A stretch of DNA of 63,057 nt, the filler included, from Folioceros fuciformis (Eukaryota): assembly GCA_049999805.1 (NCBI GenBank). It is 7 parts of 7 records of this genome, joined end to end, with 100 filler letters (N's around TTAATTAATTAA, not from the genome) between each part and the next. Parts side by side here need not be neighbours in the genome. Positions count along the whole stretch, not along the records: positions 28,853 to 39,228 come from JBNGIO010002927.1; positions 39,329 to 43,110 come from JBNGIO010002928.1; positions 43,211 to 61,017 come from JBNGIO010002929.1; 4 more parts are not named here. One strand, given 5' to 3'. Shown here piece after piece: positions 38,539-50,659 of this stretch. Made by a program: the position numbers and the translations under genes. The notes under the pieces were generated by a model, which saw nothing but the letters and a program-made list of their open reading frames with translations, ran no database searches and had not been told where the DNA came from. Each line of letters begins with the position of its first letter. Position 1 is the first letter of the stretch.

Positions 38539-39085
38539 TGTTCCCCCTGGTGGCTGAGCTTGTCTCCATGGGAGGAATATGAGCAGTGGGAGAAGATAGG
38601 GAAGAGGTGAGAAGAAGTGTGATCAACAGTTGAAACTAGGCCTAAAATTGGCAACTTATTCAACAGAATTAGTTTCCAGCCGAAACGGTTCCTAGGCCGT
38701 AGAAAACTGATCCCGGGGTGTTGGGACAGTTCCCAGACTGTTAGGGAAGGAAACAGGTGAGAAAGAGCAAAGTCAGAATTTTTGAAATTAAATCCAGAAA
38801 AATTAAACCTTCCCCTATAGTTGTTCCCCCTGGTAGCTGAGCCTGTCTCCATGGGAGGAATATGTGCAGTGGGAGAAGATAGGGAAGAGGTGAGAAGAAG
38901 TGTGATCAGCAGTTGAAACTAGGTCTAAAATCGGCAACTTATTCAGCAGAATTAGTTTCCAGCCGAGATGGTTCCTTGGCCATAGAAAACTGATCCTGGG
39001 GTGTTGGGATAGTTCCTAGACTATTAGGGAAGGAAACAGGTGAGAAAGAGCAAAGTCAGAATTTCTGAAATTAAATCCAGAAAAA
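38539..39085 (+). repeat. Tandem duplication (period 282) of a module homologous to family-B repeats
   Basis: TTGTTCCCCCTGGT...AAATCCAGAAAA at 38539 and 38821; reverse-complement similarity to ~43350-43610 and ~21890-22150. Confidence 0.85.
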
Positions 39086-39328
39086 TAAGAGAGAAAAAAG
39101 AAAAGAAAGATTAGGGGGAAATTAGGGGAAAAGAATATATGGGAATACGGATACCATATACATAGTAATATGTATCAAATACATATAAAATATATTGGGG
39201 TGTACATATATGGACCGTATACATACCTNNNNNNNNNNNNNNNNNNNNNNNNNNNNNNNNNNNNNNNNNNNNTTAATTAATTAANNNNNNNNNNNNNNNN
39301 NNNNNNNNNNNNNNNNNNNNNNNNNNNN

Positions 39329-42300
39329 GCTACCCCGTGTGGCGAGTCCGCATGAAGTCACTGCTCGTCGGCAGGGGCGTGTGGAAGGTGGTCGACCGGA
39401 GCTACCCCAAGCCGTCCCCAGCCTCCGTCCCTCCGCCCTCGGTTGCCGACGTAGAGCGATGGGACTTCCTCAACGGAATCGCCATCGCCCTTATCATCAG
39501 CGGCTTGGACTCGAGCCTGGTCCCTGGTATCGAGTTCCTCACCGAGGCCTCTGCCATTTGGGACCAGCTCGCCAACACCTACAATGTCAACAACGTCCTG
39601 ACCCTCTACAGCGCCAGGCAGGAGTTCAACGCCCTCAGAATGAAGGAGTCCGACACAGTAGCTGCCCACACCTCAAGATTTCAACAGCTACGAGGGCAGC
39701 TGACATCTCTCGGCTCGACGATGCCTGAGACGGACGCCGCCGCCCAACTGTTGATGAGCTTGCCACATTCATATCAGTATTTCGTCACCAGTTTGATGCT
39801 GATGTCGACACGTGGTGTTGCTGGCTCCATCTCCTCTCTTACAGTGGAGGAGATTAGTGGAGCGCTTTATCAACACGAGTAGAGCCGCCTTACGTCGGCA
39901 GGCAGGTCCAAGCCCAAGGCTGACAAGACGCTTGCTGCTTGAGCCAGGCCCAGGAAGGCAAACGGGAAGCAAGTCAACACCTCCAAGGGCGCTTCGACCT
40001 CTGCTCCACCACGCCGGACGGGCAACTGCAACTGGTGCGGCACTCCCAGCCACTGGGCACGGGAATGCTGAAAGAAGAAAGCTGGGGAACCTATGAAGCC
40101 CGGCCTCCGACAAACGGCCAATGTGGCCGTCAAGGGCAAGACTGAAGACAGCAAGATCGTGAAGATTCTCACCGTCTGCCTCAGCACCCAGCCACGGCCA
40201 GATCAAGGGTGGTACCCGGACAGCGGTGCCACCGCCCATATCTGCAATGACGACGCCCTCTTCTCCAAGCTGGACCGACGTCCCGTCAGAGAGAGGGTCC
40301 TCCTCGGCGACGAACAGAATAAGTCAAGCTTACCCATCCTTGGACACGGGACCTGTGATTTGCCTTTGTCCGATGGTTCTATCCTAACCTTAGAACCAGT
40401 ACTTTATGTGCCACAGATGGGCAAGAACCTTGTATCCCTTACCCAGTTACTGCGGCACAGTTCACTAGAAGTCAACTTTTCCCGTGACTCCTGCTGCTTT
40501 TACAGACTAGATAGTCCTGATCTATGCCTAATGGGAGCCATCCCCCAAGATGGTTTGTACAGACTTACTCTTAACAACAAACAAGGACCTCTTGCTTACG
40601 TCGCTAGACAGTCAGCCGAAGACCTGGCTGCCCTGTGGCATGCCAGGCTGGGTCACATTAACAAGCACAAGCTCATATCCATGTCCTCACTAGGTCTCTA
40701 CCAAGAGCCACTCCCTAGATGTTTCCAACACTTGTCAGTTTGCGAATCCTGTGTCCTCGCCAAGCAGAAGGAGTCTCCCTTCCCGAAGGCGGCACATAGG
40801 GCTGAGGCCGTGCTAGCCTTAGTTCATGCCGACATATCCAGGAAGATTCAGACTCCCTCCCTTGGTGGTGCTATATACTATCTCACCCTCACAGATGACT
40901 TCAGCAGATACTCTTGGACCTTTCCAATGCATCTGAAGAGCGAGACGTTCACATACTTCAGTGAGTGGCTCACAGTGGCTGAACGCCAGGCTGACCAGAA
41001 ACTGAAGACCTTGCGGAGCGACAATGGCACGGAGTTTGTCAACCATGAGTTTGATGTTTTCCTCCTGGAGCGAGGAATTCAGAGACAACTCACGGTACCT
41101 TACACTCCACAGCAGAATGGAGTAGCGGAGCGCAAGAACCAAACGCTTCTATCCATGACCAGGAGCATGCTGCTATGGTCTGGACTCCCACAAGGCTTCT
41201 GGGCTGAGGCGATTGTGGCAGCAACCTATATCTTGAATCGAGTCATCACAAGCTCAGTTCTCGGCCGTACCCCCTACAAGGTATATTGGCAGCGCAAGCC
41301 CAACATTCAACATCTACGGGTATTCGGCTCACCCGCCTTCGCCCACATCCCTGCCCAGAAGCAACGCAAGTTGGATGATAGGGCAAAGAAGCTTATTTTC
41401 GTGGGCTACAGCGAGAGTTCCAAGGCCTACAAGCTCTGTGACCCGGGGACGCACAACATCACCCTGGCGCGCACAATCACCTTCCTGGAGCCAGTCAAGC
41501 CAGCTTCAGCGGGAGATGTGTCGATCAACAGCCCTGTGGCAGGCGACCCCGACACTGTGTGCGCGTACCCCACCGAAGACGGTGATCAAGGCTACATGGA
41601 CAACCCCGACGATGGCCCTGTCCCTGAGGACAATGAGTCATCCGCCCCTGGCGTACCTCCTGAAGACCCTAATGGTACCCTTTCCATTGTTCAGCCCCAT
41701 ATTGATGATGATGCTAATGACCTTGGCCAGGAATCGCCATCGGTTGCCCCGCAGGAGCTGCCTCCTGCGGAGCCCGTGTTGGCTGATGACGAGACTGTGC
41801 CGGCTGTTCTGGCCCCCAATCCCGGCCCTCGCCGCAGCACACGGCATCAAGCGCCACCATCTTAGTGGGCAGAGCCACCCTACTAGTCCGTTGACTTCAG
41901 GACAGCCTTCAACTCCCTATCCGCGGCCTTATCTCTAGTGGCCCTTCCAGAGGAACCAACCACTCTTTCCCAAGCCCTCGCAGGACCTGAGTCCTCGCAA
42001 TGGCGGATCGCAGTGGAGGATGAGTACCAAAGTCTGCTTCAAAACAAGACTTGGGAACTCGTCGACCCGCCCCCTGGAAGGAAGCCCATTTCCTGCAAGT
42101 GGATGTTCAAGCTTAAGCTTAACGCCCAAGGACAGGTGGCTCGTTTCAAGGCCTGGTTGGTGGCCCGAGGATTCTCCCAGGTTGAAGGACTGGACTACCA
42201 AGAGACTTTCTCACAGGTGGTACGTGCACAATCCATACGGATTATGCTTGCCCTCGCAGCTGAGCTGGATCTGGAGCTCCATCAAATGGACGTCAAGGCT

Positions 42301-43110
42301 GCCTATCTCTACGGCATCTTGGACAAGGAGCTCTACATGGATCAACCGGAGGGCTATGTCAGCAAGGAGTTCCCCCACAAGGTGCTCAGGCTAAGGAAGT
42401 GCATATATGGCCTCAAGCAGAGCGGGCGAGTGTGGTATACTACTATGCACATCTACTTGCTCAGCATTTCCTTCGTCCAGAGCGCGGCCGACGGCAACGT
42501 CTACACCCTGACTCAAGGCCCCCATTTCGTCATCCTTGCCTTGTATGTGGATGACCTCATCCTTTCCGCTAACAACCTGGACTTGTTAGCGGAGGTCAAA
42601 CAGCTCTTGAGCTCCCGTTTTGAGATGAAGGATATTGGGGAGCTTCAATTCTGCCTTGGAATTCATATTTTGAGGAATAGAACTGAAAGGAAACTGGTCA
42701 TCCATCAGTACAAGTACATCAACGAGATACTACGGAAATTTAAATTGGATCAAGTCAGGCCCGTCACCACACCCTATGCTGTGGGCGTAAGACTCACTGC
42801 TGAGCAGTGTCTTCAGACTGAAGAGGAGAGCAAGGACATGCATGGGATCCCTTATCGCCATGTTGTAGGAAGCCTTCTCTTCATCAGTGGCTGGACCAGG
42901 CCCGACATCCATTATTCCGTCTCCACAGTATCCCAGTTCCTGGAGAACCTTGGCAAGGCACATTGGGCTGCAGTCAAGAGAGTATTCCGTTACCTGAAGG
43001 GCACCCTGACTTATGGGCTGATGTACCAGAGTGGAGGGACCGGCAGGTTTCTTCTCAGTGGCTACACTGACGCAGACTGGGCATCCGATCCAGACTCAAG
43101 GAAGAGCTTG
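39329..43110 (+). mobile_element. Ty1/Copia element 5, gag-pol internal region (few stops), bounded by gaps
   Basis: gag; CNWCGTPSHWAREC; PR DSGATAH; INT RSDNGTEF; RT QMDVKAAYL, YGLKQSGR, LYVDD; RNase H start GYTDADWA. Closely related to element 1. Confidence 0.95.
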
Positions 43111-43210
43111 NNNNNNNNNNNNNNNNNNNNNNNNNNNNNNNNNNNNNNNNNNNNTTAATTAATTAANNNNNNNNNNNNNNNNNNNNNNNNNNNNNNNNNN
43201 NNNNNNNNNN

Positions 43211-44684
43211 GTATACGGTCTGTATACATACACCCCCCTTTATATGGTTTAGATATGTATTTAATACGTATTGATATGTATACCATATATATATCCCCGT
43301 ATTTCTTTTCTTTTTATTTTCCTAATTTCCCCTTTTCTATTTTTGCTTTTTCTGGATTCAATTCCAGAAATTCCAATTCAACTCTGTTTCACCTGCTTTC
43401 TTCTCCTCCTAGTTCGGGGCCTATTCCAGCATCCCAAGGTCAGTCTTCCATGGCCGAGGAACCATTTTGGCTGGAAGCTGATTCCGCTGAATAAGCTACC
43501 GTTTTCAGGCCAGGTTCAAGCTGCTGATCCCATTGCTTCTTACCTCCTCTCTATCTTTCCCACTACTCATACTCCTCCCCTGGAGGCTGGCTCAGCCACC
43601 AAGGGTGAATAGTTGCAGGGGAAGACTTAGCGGGCGGCCGTCCAGCAAGGAAGAGGCGGCGTCCGCAGATCTTTGAAGATTAGACATCCTCCAAAGTCTC
43701 AGGATAGTCTAAGAGGTGGTAGATCCTTGTGGTGGTAGGGCCAGCTCATTGGTGGCAAGATGTGCTAGAAGTCTAAATAAGTGGCTGGTGACAGCCGACT
43801 AGGCTAGTGGTCCTATTAAAATAATATTTGTCAAGTTAGAGAGGTGAAGTCAGAGAGAGAGAGGCTCCTATAAGATCAGGTGAGCCTATAGGAGGAGGTA
43901 GTCATTCACTTTGGGAGTCAGTCTGTCACTTCGTGAGCTCTTGGAGGTACTCTCTTCATGAGCTCTTGTGGTCTGTTCCTGCTTGGTTTAGGACCTGCAG
44001 TGTGTTGCCGGCTGTGCAACGTCTGGTAGGATCGCAAGCCGCGTGTTGCCGGTTGTATAGTGTCTAGTAGGATCACAAGGTGTAATGACCAGGGTGTAGG
44101 GGCTTGCCCTTAGCTCTTGATTGTAAAGGATGTGTCTTTTTCTCGACCTGTCCACTCTTGTTCCCTGTTTGGACAAGTGCTGTAGGCCGGCCATGTTTCA
44201 TGGCATCTGGTAAGGTTGTGGGGGGGAGATACCCGAGAGGGGAGTATGTTCCCTTCTTTCTTTTCTTTGGGGTTAGTCTAGTGACTCTTGCCGGGTAGGA
44301 GGAGTCAGTAGGGAAGTGTAGAAGGTAGTGGTGTCATTGTTAGTTGCTGGTGTTGGTGCTGGAGTGAGAGAGTGAGTGAAGTGAGTAAGGGAAGTCACAG
44401 ATCTGAGAGGTTAGGGTTGTTGTAGTGACTAGAGTGAGTTTGTGGGCACCGAGAGAGGTGCAGCTGACTGCTGGACAGCGAGGCATGTTCTACACCTGAT
44501 CGGAGCTGGAGGGGAGCCCTCAACTCCATCATCGAGTCGATTGAGTCTAACCCTCCATCCACAGCAGCAAGGAACCCCATCGCTCCTTCGTGGGAACGAA
44601 ACCCAATGTCTCAACGATAGTGGGATAAGTGTGGCCGCAAAAGGTTGAACCCATTGGCAAACAGTGCCTGGTGTTTTGCCACCA
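43211..44684 (-). mobile_element. Family-B long LTR-like repeat
   Basis: Colinear with 21773-23321; terminus TGGTGGCAAAA at 44684. Confidence 0.85.
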
Positions 44685-46900
44685 AAGAGGATATGCCTAA
44701 CCAACGGCGAGGGAGGAGAGCCAGAGGTTGGGGAGCAAGAGGAGGAGTGCGACGGCTGGACGGGAGGCGGGCACGGCGATAAGATAGGCCATAGTAAATG
44801 CATCCTAGAATAGAATGCATTTTAGGATTTGTAGGAGATGCTTTTCTTGGACCTGATGCCGCTCGTAATTAAGAGTGCCCCCTGTCCATGGACAAGACTT
44901 AATGGCGGCTGCGGACCCACCACCATCGTGTACAAGAGGCCTGTTGGCGCCTCACAAAGTAGCAAGAATCGACATTCCTAACCCAAGGAAGTTCCTACGG
45001 GCGCTGACCAAGGCGGTGTCCGCCCTTCGTCTTCGGGAATCAGAGATTGGCACCTCCGCAGCCCTGGAAGAACTCCAACGGCATATCAACATCGCGGCGG
45101 CTCAGCACGCTGAGCTCCATGAGGCCCGATGCCATCTGGAGTACAGGATCCTCCGGAGAATGGTAGTCGACGCCATCCAACAATTGGATGACAGTCACGC
45201 TTTCTTCCATGGAGAGACACTCCGAGTCCTGGCCGACACAGCGAAACAGTGTTGGTATGTGTGGAGGAAAATATTGTACCTGGGGGTATTGCGAGGTCCT
45301 GCATAGCTTTCCTGAGTGGCGGAGTGTGAGGTTCCTCTACTTCATGACGGAGGGTGGTCTAGGGACGAATCGGGAGGAAGATCCCACCAAGTGGAAGACA
45401 ATCTTCCCTACTATCCCCAATCCCTTTGCGTCACGTGCCATAGGAGGGGCAAAGAGGGACGAATCCGCCGACTATGGAGTGGAAGCGGGTACCTGCTTCC
45501 CTTATCCCTTGGCGATCCGACTGCTCTTCAAACATTGAGGGGAGAAGCAAGTTGAGAAAGAGACGGACTGCGGGTGGAAGTCGCAAAAGGGAGACAAATC
45601 CGCCAACCGCGGAGTGGAGGGAGAACTCGTCCCACCCTTATTTCCCGATTGTTGACTATAATCCTAGAGCTGATGGTGGTGTAAGTGAGTGTCTAAGAGT
45701 TGAGCGAGTGAGAAAGCGATTAAGATGTGAGTGAGTGAAAAATAAGAGAGTGAGTGCGTGTGGAAGACGAGAAGTGAAGGACCGAGTCCACGGTGACTGC
45801 AGGAAGGGTGGCGAATCCGCTGGTTGCGGAGTGGAAGGAGTGTCTCTCCTCCCCTTACTCCCCGACCTGTTGAACGCGAACGCAAGTGTTGCGATTGTGG
45901 AGAGACCGAGAGTGTGTTGAGTCTGTGGTGAGAGATGCTGTGGGAAAACTATCTAAGGAGTCATGGTTGCTGAGTATGGTTGTGAGTGTTAAGAATAGGG
46001 TTCGATCAAGTAACCCATAACCCTAGTCATCGATCAGTCGAGTTAGGTTAATCTCAGAGTTACCTCGAATAGTCACACCCCTAGCGAAGTGGTGTGACTA
46101 GCACCTATATAAGAAACACTCCTCTTGTATTTATTAATTATTATGCTAAATAAAGTAATGTAGCTTAAGTACACAATGTTCCCCTACTTCCTACTAATAG
46201 GCATTTATCAGTGAGGGGTACTTGTATGTTGAAAACGAGCGCGTGTTGAGTGTTCTGTGAGAGTGAGGTGTGGGAAGAATCGACCTGAGTCGTCAGTGTG
46301 AGAGAGCGTTGAACGACTGCTGAAGGAATACGACGATTGCTGAGAGTTGGGGCGACCGTGAGGTACATCTGTATGGTTGGACTTGGTATGTGTAGAAGCC
46401 ATGTGTGGATGTCGGCGTGGAGTGCAAATGCCTGTGGAGCCAAATTGTCTGCGTGTGTTCTTGTGGGGTGTAAGTAACCCTGACTCGCTACTTGGAAACC
46501 CCGAGTGCAAACCCACGGTGAATCTGAAACAATGCGTATTAGTTAGGAACTTGAGGTGGGACCCACCATAGTAGTGGAGACTGCTACCGGTCGTGGAGGC
46601 CCCTACCCGTCGTAGAAGAACCAGCAGTTGTAGGGACCCCTACCACGATGGTGGAATGAGTCTTGGAGTCGTAGAGTTGGGCTGTGGTAGTTAGGCCATT
46701 TGAGGGGTAGTGGTAGAGGAACATGTAGGTAGAGGAACTAGGGGTAAGGTGAAGCCTGACCTAGGTTAGAATCGACTTTTAGAAGAAACCTGTGGTATTT
46801 GGCACAAATCATTCCCTTGGGATCGAATCCCATGGCTACAACGACATAGAGGGTTTGTGTGGACCTCGCAATACCCCTAGGTACAATATTTTCCTCCACA
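44685..46900 (+). mobile_element. Family-C element terminal region, copy 1
   Basis: Homologous to the reverse complement of 47309-49050; ends ...AATATTTTCCTCCACA. Confidence 0.65.
45987..46210 (+). mobile_element. Short solo LTR (224 bp)
   Basis: TGTTAAG...TTATCA with perfect TSD GTGAG; contains TATATAA and AATAAA. Confidence 0.85.
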
Positions 46901-49900
46901 CATACCAACACTATTTCGTTGTGTCAGCCAGGACCCGGAGTGTCTCCCCATGGAAGAAAGCGTGACTGTCATCCAACTGTTGGATGGCATCGACTACCAT
47001 TCTCCGGAGGATCCTGTACTCCAGACGCCATCGGGCCTCATGGAGCTCAACGTGCTGAGCCGCGGTGATGTTGATATGCCGTCGGAGTTCTTCCAGGGCG
47101 GCGGAGGTTTCAATCTCTGATTCCCGAAGACGAAGAGCGGACACCGCCTTGGTCAGCGCCCGTAGGAGGGTGACTTCACACTAGTCCTTCTGGACCTCGT
47201 AGTCCGCCTGTTGGGCCTGCAACTTCTCAACCTTGCTCCGAAAGCCATGTGCTCGGTCGATGAGTTGCTTCCTCTCCTGTTCCCAGTCCTCTCCATGACT
47301 TTGCATGGTGTGGGGGAAAATATTGCACCCAGGGGTGCTGCGAGGTCCAGACAAACCCTCTTTGTCGTTATAGCATTGGGATTCAATCCCAAGGGAATGA
47401 TTTGTGTGTCAAATAACACAGGTTTTCTCACAAAGTCAGTTAGTACCCAAGGTCAGTCTTTACTTACCTGCCGTTCGACTACCTCTACCTCCGTCGTGAC
47501 TCAGCTACCCCAACCCTAGGCTACCTGTCAGACCTGCTCGGCTACCGGGGGGGGTCTCTTCAACTACTGACTCTCGGCTACCCCGAAGACCCCTCGACTA
47601 CCTCCACTCTCGACTACCTCCGTTGTCTCTCTACGACGGTCGCGGTTTCGACTACCTTGGTGGGGCCCACTCTCTCTCTGTCTCCTCTTCCTCTCTCTCT
47701 CTCTCTAACTCTAAGTATCTTACCTCTCTCCCAATTTCACCCAGCTCTTAATCGTCGCTTTGGAATCTTTCACCTCCGCGCACCCACGGTCCCTCAGACA
47801 CACACCCCCTGCGCACACACACAACATCTCCCACTCAGCCACACCGGACTTCCCGGTTAAACCCTCAAAAGAATCTGACTCTCTACCCGACTGCGTTCGG
47901 GTCACTCACTCACTCATCACACTTGCTCACACCACTCGTATTCAGCGTCATTTATCCCACCGATGCCACGGCGCCCTCACATAGCATACCGCTCAGACCC
48001 TGTTCTCTAACGATTCGCACCGACGGCACCCAGCCACCTCAGTCCAGACTCCCAAATCCGTTCTCACTCACACGCCTTACTCAGAGACACTCGGACCAAG
48101 CTACTCCACGCACCATTCACTTACATTCCACTCCACTCCATCCTGGTCCCGGCCACATTCGTCCACACCCTCAGTCCTCGATCTCACCTCCACGGCACGC
48201 GGCCACACCAACCCACCAATCACTCCGGTTCATCAGCACTCCAGGCACTCTTTGGTCGCCTACATTCGCGACCCCTCGTCCACACACACGGTTCTTGCAA
48301 CATCAACCATTGAGGCTCACGCTCACACCTTACACACACTTCAACTCTCTTCCTTCTCCACACTCACAACCACCTCTTTGGATCTCTTCCCACACTTGAT
48401 TCTCAGTCAACTCATACTCTCTCAGTTTTCTTCCTCCAACTCGCCCCGCCTGGGCTCTCTCCTTCTCTTCTCACTCATTGTTTAAGTAGACAGTGAAATG
48501 TTAGGGACTAAGGGAAGGGGTTACCCCTTCCACTCCGGACTGGCGGATTCGGTCCTTGTGGCTTCCACCACCTTACATGACAGTTTCGGGAATAGCTGGG
48601 AAGCGCGGCTTCCACTCGGCAAGGCTCCTCCTTGCGATTTGTCCTCGAACCCTTAGTCGCGGGGCATCCACAACCAGCACCCCGCACCCTCAAGACACTA
48701 TGTGCGCTCGCCTGCCTGGACCTCCCTATCCAGCAGCGACCATTGCTAGGCTCCAGCAAGGTCGGAATGTCGGTCTCGTTTCTCGCTGATTTTTTGAGGC
48801 ACCAAACTGGCCTCTTGTAGACGCTAGTGGTGGGTTCTTTCGCCATAAAGTCTGCCATGGGTTAGTCAGCGCTCTTAATTTCTGAGCGGCTTAGGTCAAA
48901 GCAAAAGCAATCTACAAAAACTAGCCTAGATTGCATTTACTATCGCCTCTCTCCTCGCCGCTGCCGCCTTCCTCGTGGCCGTCGCACTCCTCCCTCACTT
49001 GCCCGCCTCTGGCCCTTCTACCCCACCGTTGGTCAGGCAGGTCCTCCCAGAGGACCTCCACCTCGCTGCTGCTGCTGCTGGACCTCACTAGCGGCGGCGT
49101 AGGTGGGTCCCGTCGCAGGGGACTCCTCTCCTCCCTCAGTCGCCGATTGCTGAGGATGAGGACGGGTTCCCGCTCAACCCACTACTGCGCCTCCTCATCC
49201 TTTAGATCCTCCAGGACTGCCTCCGAATAGTAATGAGGCAGTCCTCACACCTTCCAGCAGTAGTAGTAGAACCCCCTGCAGGTCCTCAGTTGCAGGTCCT
49301 AGCCCAGCGTCCCTCCTGTGCCCACACGCACATATAAAAACAACTTCAGAACTCGGGCTCCTTCCACATAGAGGTTTGGCACATAAGTGGCCTCCTCCTC
49401 ATACTGCAGCACAACCCGACCCGCTATCGCAAAGGAGGTGCTTACCCCTTCCTCCCTTGGGCTACCTCAGGCTGCCTGCCCTTTGCTCTACTGGGGTACC
49501 AGAGGATCCTCCATTCCCCCAGCTGCTGCTCCCCCCTGCTTAGTCCTTTTAGGCGAGTCGCTCTTCTGGCACCTCCACTACCACCTCTTTGGCTACCGGG
49601 GTCGGGGCTTTTGCTACCGGCATTGTCTCTCTTCTACCGATAGTTTCCTCGGCTACCTCCATTGTCACTCGACTACCTCACCCAGTTTTGCCCTTCCCCT
49701 TCACCCGCTCTCTGGCCTCATCCCGCTCCTACTTGTACCTATCGGCCAGCTTTTGGACTTGTTCTACTGCAGCCGTTTCCTGCTCCTGAGCCCTAACCAC
49801 CTCTTGTTGCATCTTCAGATTAGTTTCATGGGCTTCCCTCACTTGAGCTAGGAGTGTCCCCTGCTGCTCCTTCAGCGCCTGTATTTCTGCCCTCGCCTGG

Positions 49901-50266
49901 CGCGCTTCTTCCTCCACTTGTGCCTTGCCCTCACTCAGGACCTGTTGCATCTCTTCCAGGAGTCGCTGTGCCATCTCAGACTCCACCAGCTGCCTCCAGG
50001 CTTTGGCCTCCTTCCCTCTCGCTTCCGCCTCCTTGCTCCCTGACTTGCGGCCACGCTCCCGCTCGAATTCCGCCTAAGTTCCCTTGACTCCCCTAGGGTT
50101 TTATACTAGTCGTTCCCATTCCACTACCGCCTGTTGCGCTACCGCAAGTTCCCCTTCAACGACAGTAGTCCAACTTCCACTACGGTTGCTGAGTCTCAAC
50201 ATCTCGATTTTTCGTCTAAGTCCACAAGTACCTAAGTCCATGCCCCTTTCGTATTTTCTTATTTTC

Positions 50267-50628
50267 AGGGGGGGGGTGCATATATAGACACCTAAGTACC
50301 CCCGAACCACCAAAGGCCAATGACACTCTCGCTCACACTTCTTGGGCTTGTCACCCAGTCCAGTCAAAACATCAAAGGCCAAGGAGACTTTGGGTATAAA
50401 TACCCAAGTCTTATTCACAAGCTAAGCTGGTTCAATCGCATTCTCACAAAAAAAATCACAACCTGTGCATTCTGTCCTTCAAAATGGGAGTCCCGAAAGT
50501 TTTTTTCCTTTACACATGGTTTCACGACTCTGGGTGAGCTCCGCCTTCGCGTATGGACTCTTTTCGAGCTGCCTTTTTGGCCACCTGTGAAGTCTGTAAT
50601 CAAGCCTAGAGTTCCTCCGCTTGCTGCA
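50267..50628 (+). mobile_element. PPT plus probable 3' LTR (50277-50628) of a truncated element
   Basis: AGGGGGGGGG followed by TGCA...TGCA; contains TATAAATA. Confidence 0.5.
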
Positions 50629-50659
50629 TGGCCTCGGCCAACTTCCGAGAGGCCTGCTT

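Larger units (their letters stand above)
33253..39228 (+). mobile_element. Ty3/Gypsy retrotransposon with PR-DNMT-RT-RH-INT-PHD architecture (decayed; 5' part missing)
   Basis: Protease C-half FDVILG; RT RMCGDYRPLN, FSTLDLRGGFNQI, PFGLKNAP, YIDDV; RNase H IDWS, VTDHQPL; integrase GHFG..CEVC, LDLAG, DQGTEF. PPT AAGGGAGGGAG at ~38059-38069; probable 3' LTR from ~38070-38076 running into the gap. Confidence 0.93.

Noticed and set aside
50094-50103. TAGGGTTTTA at a junction as a second telomeric insertion
   Set aside because: Barely more than one unit, and TAGGGTT is common in these LTR sequences; could be chance.
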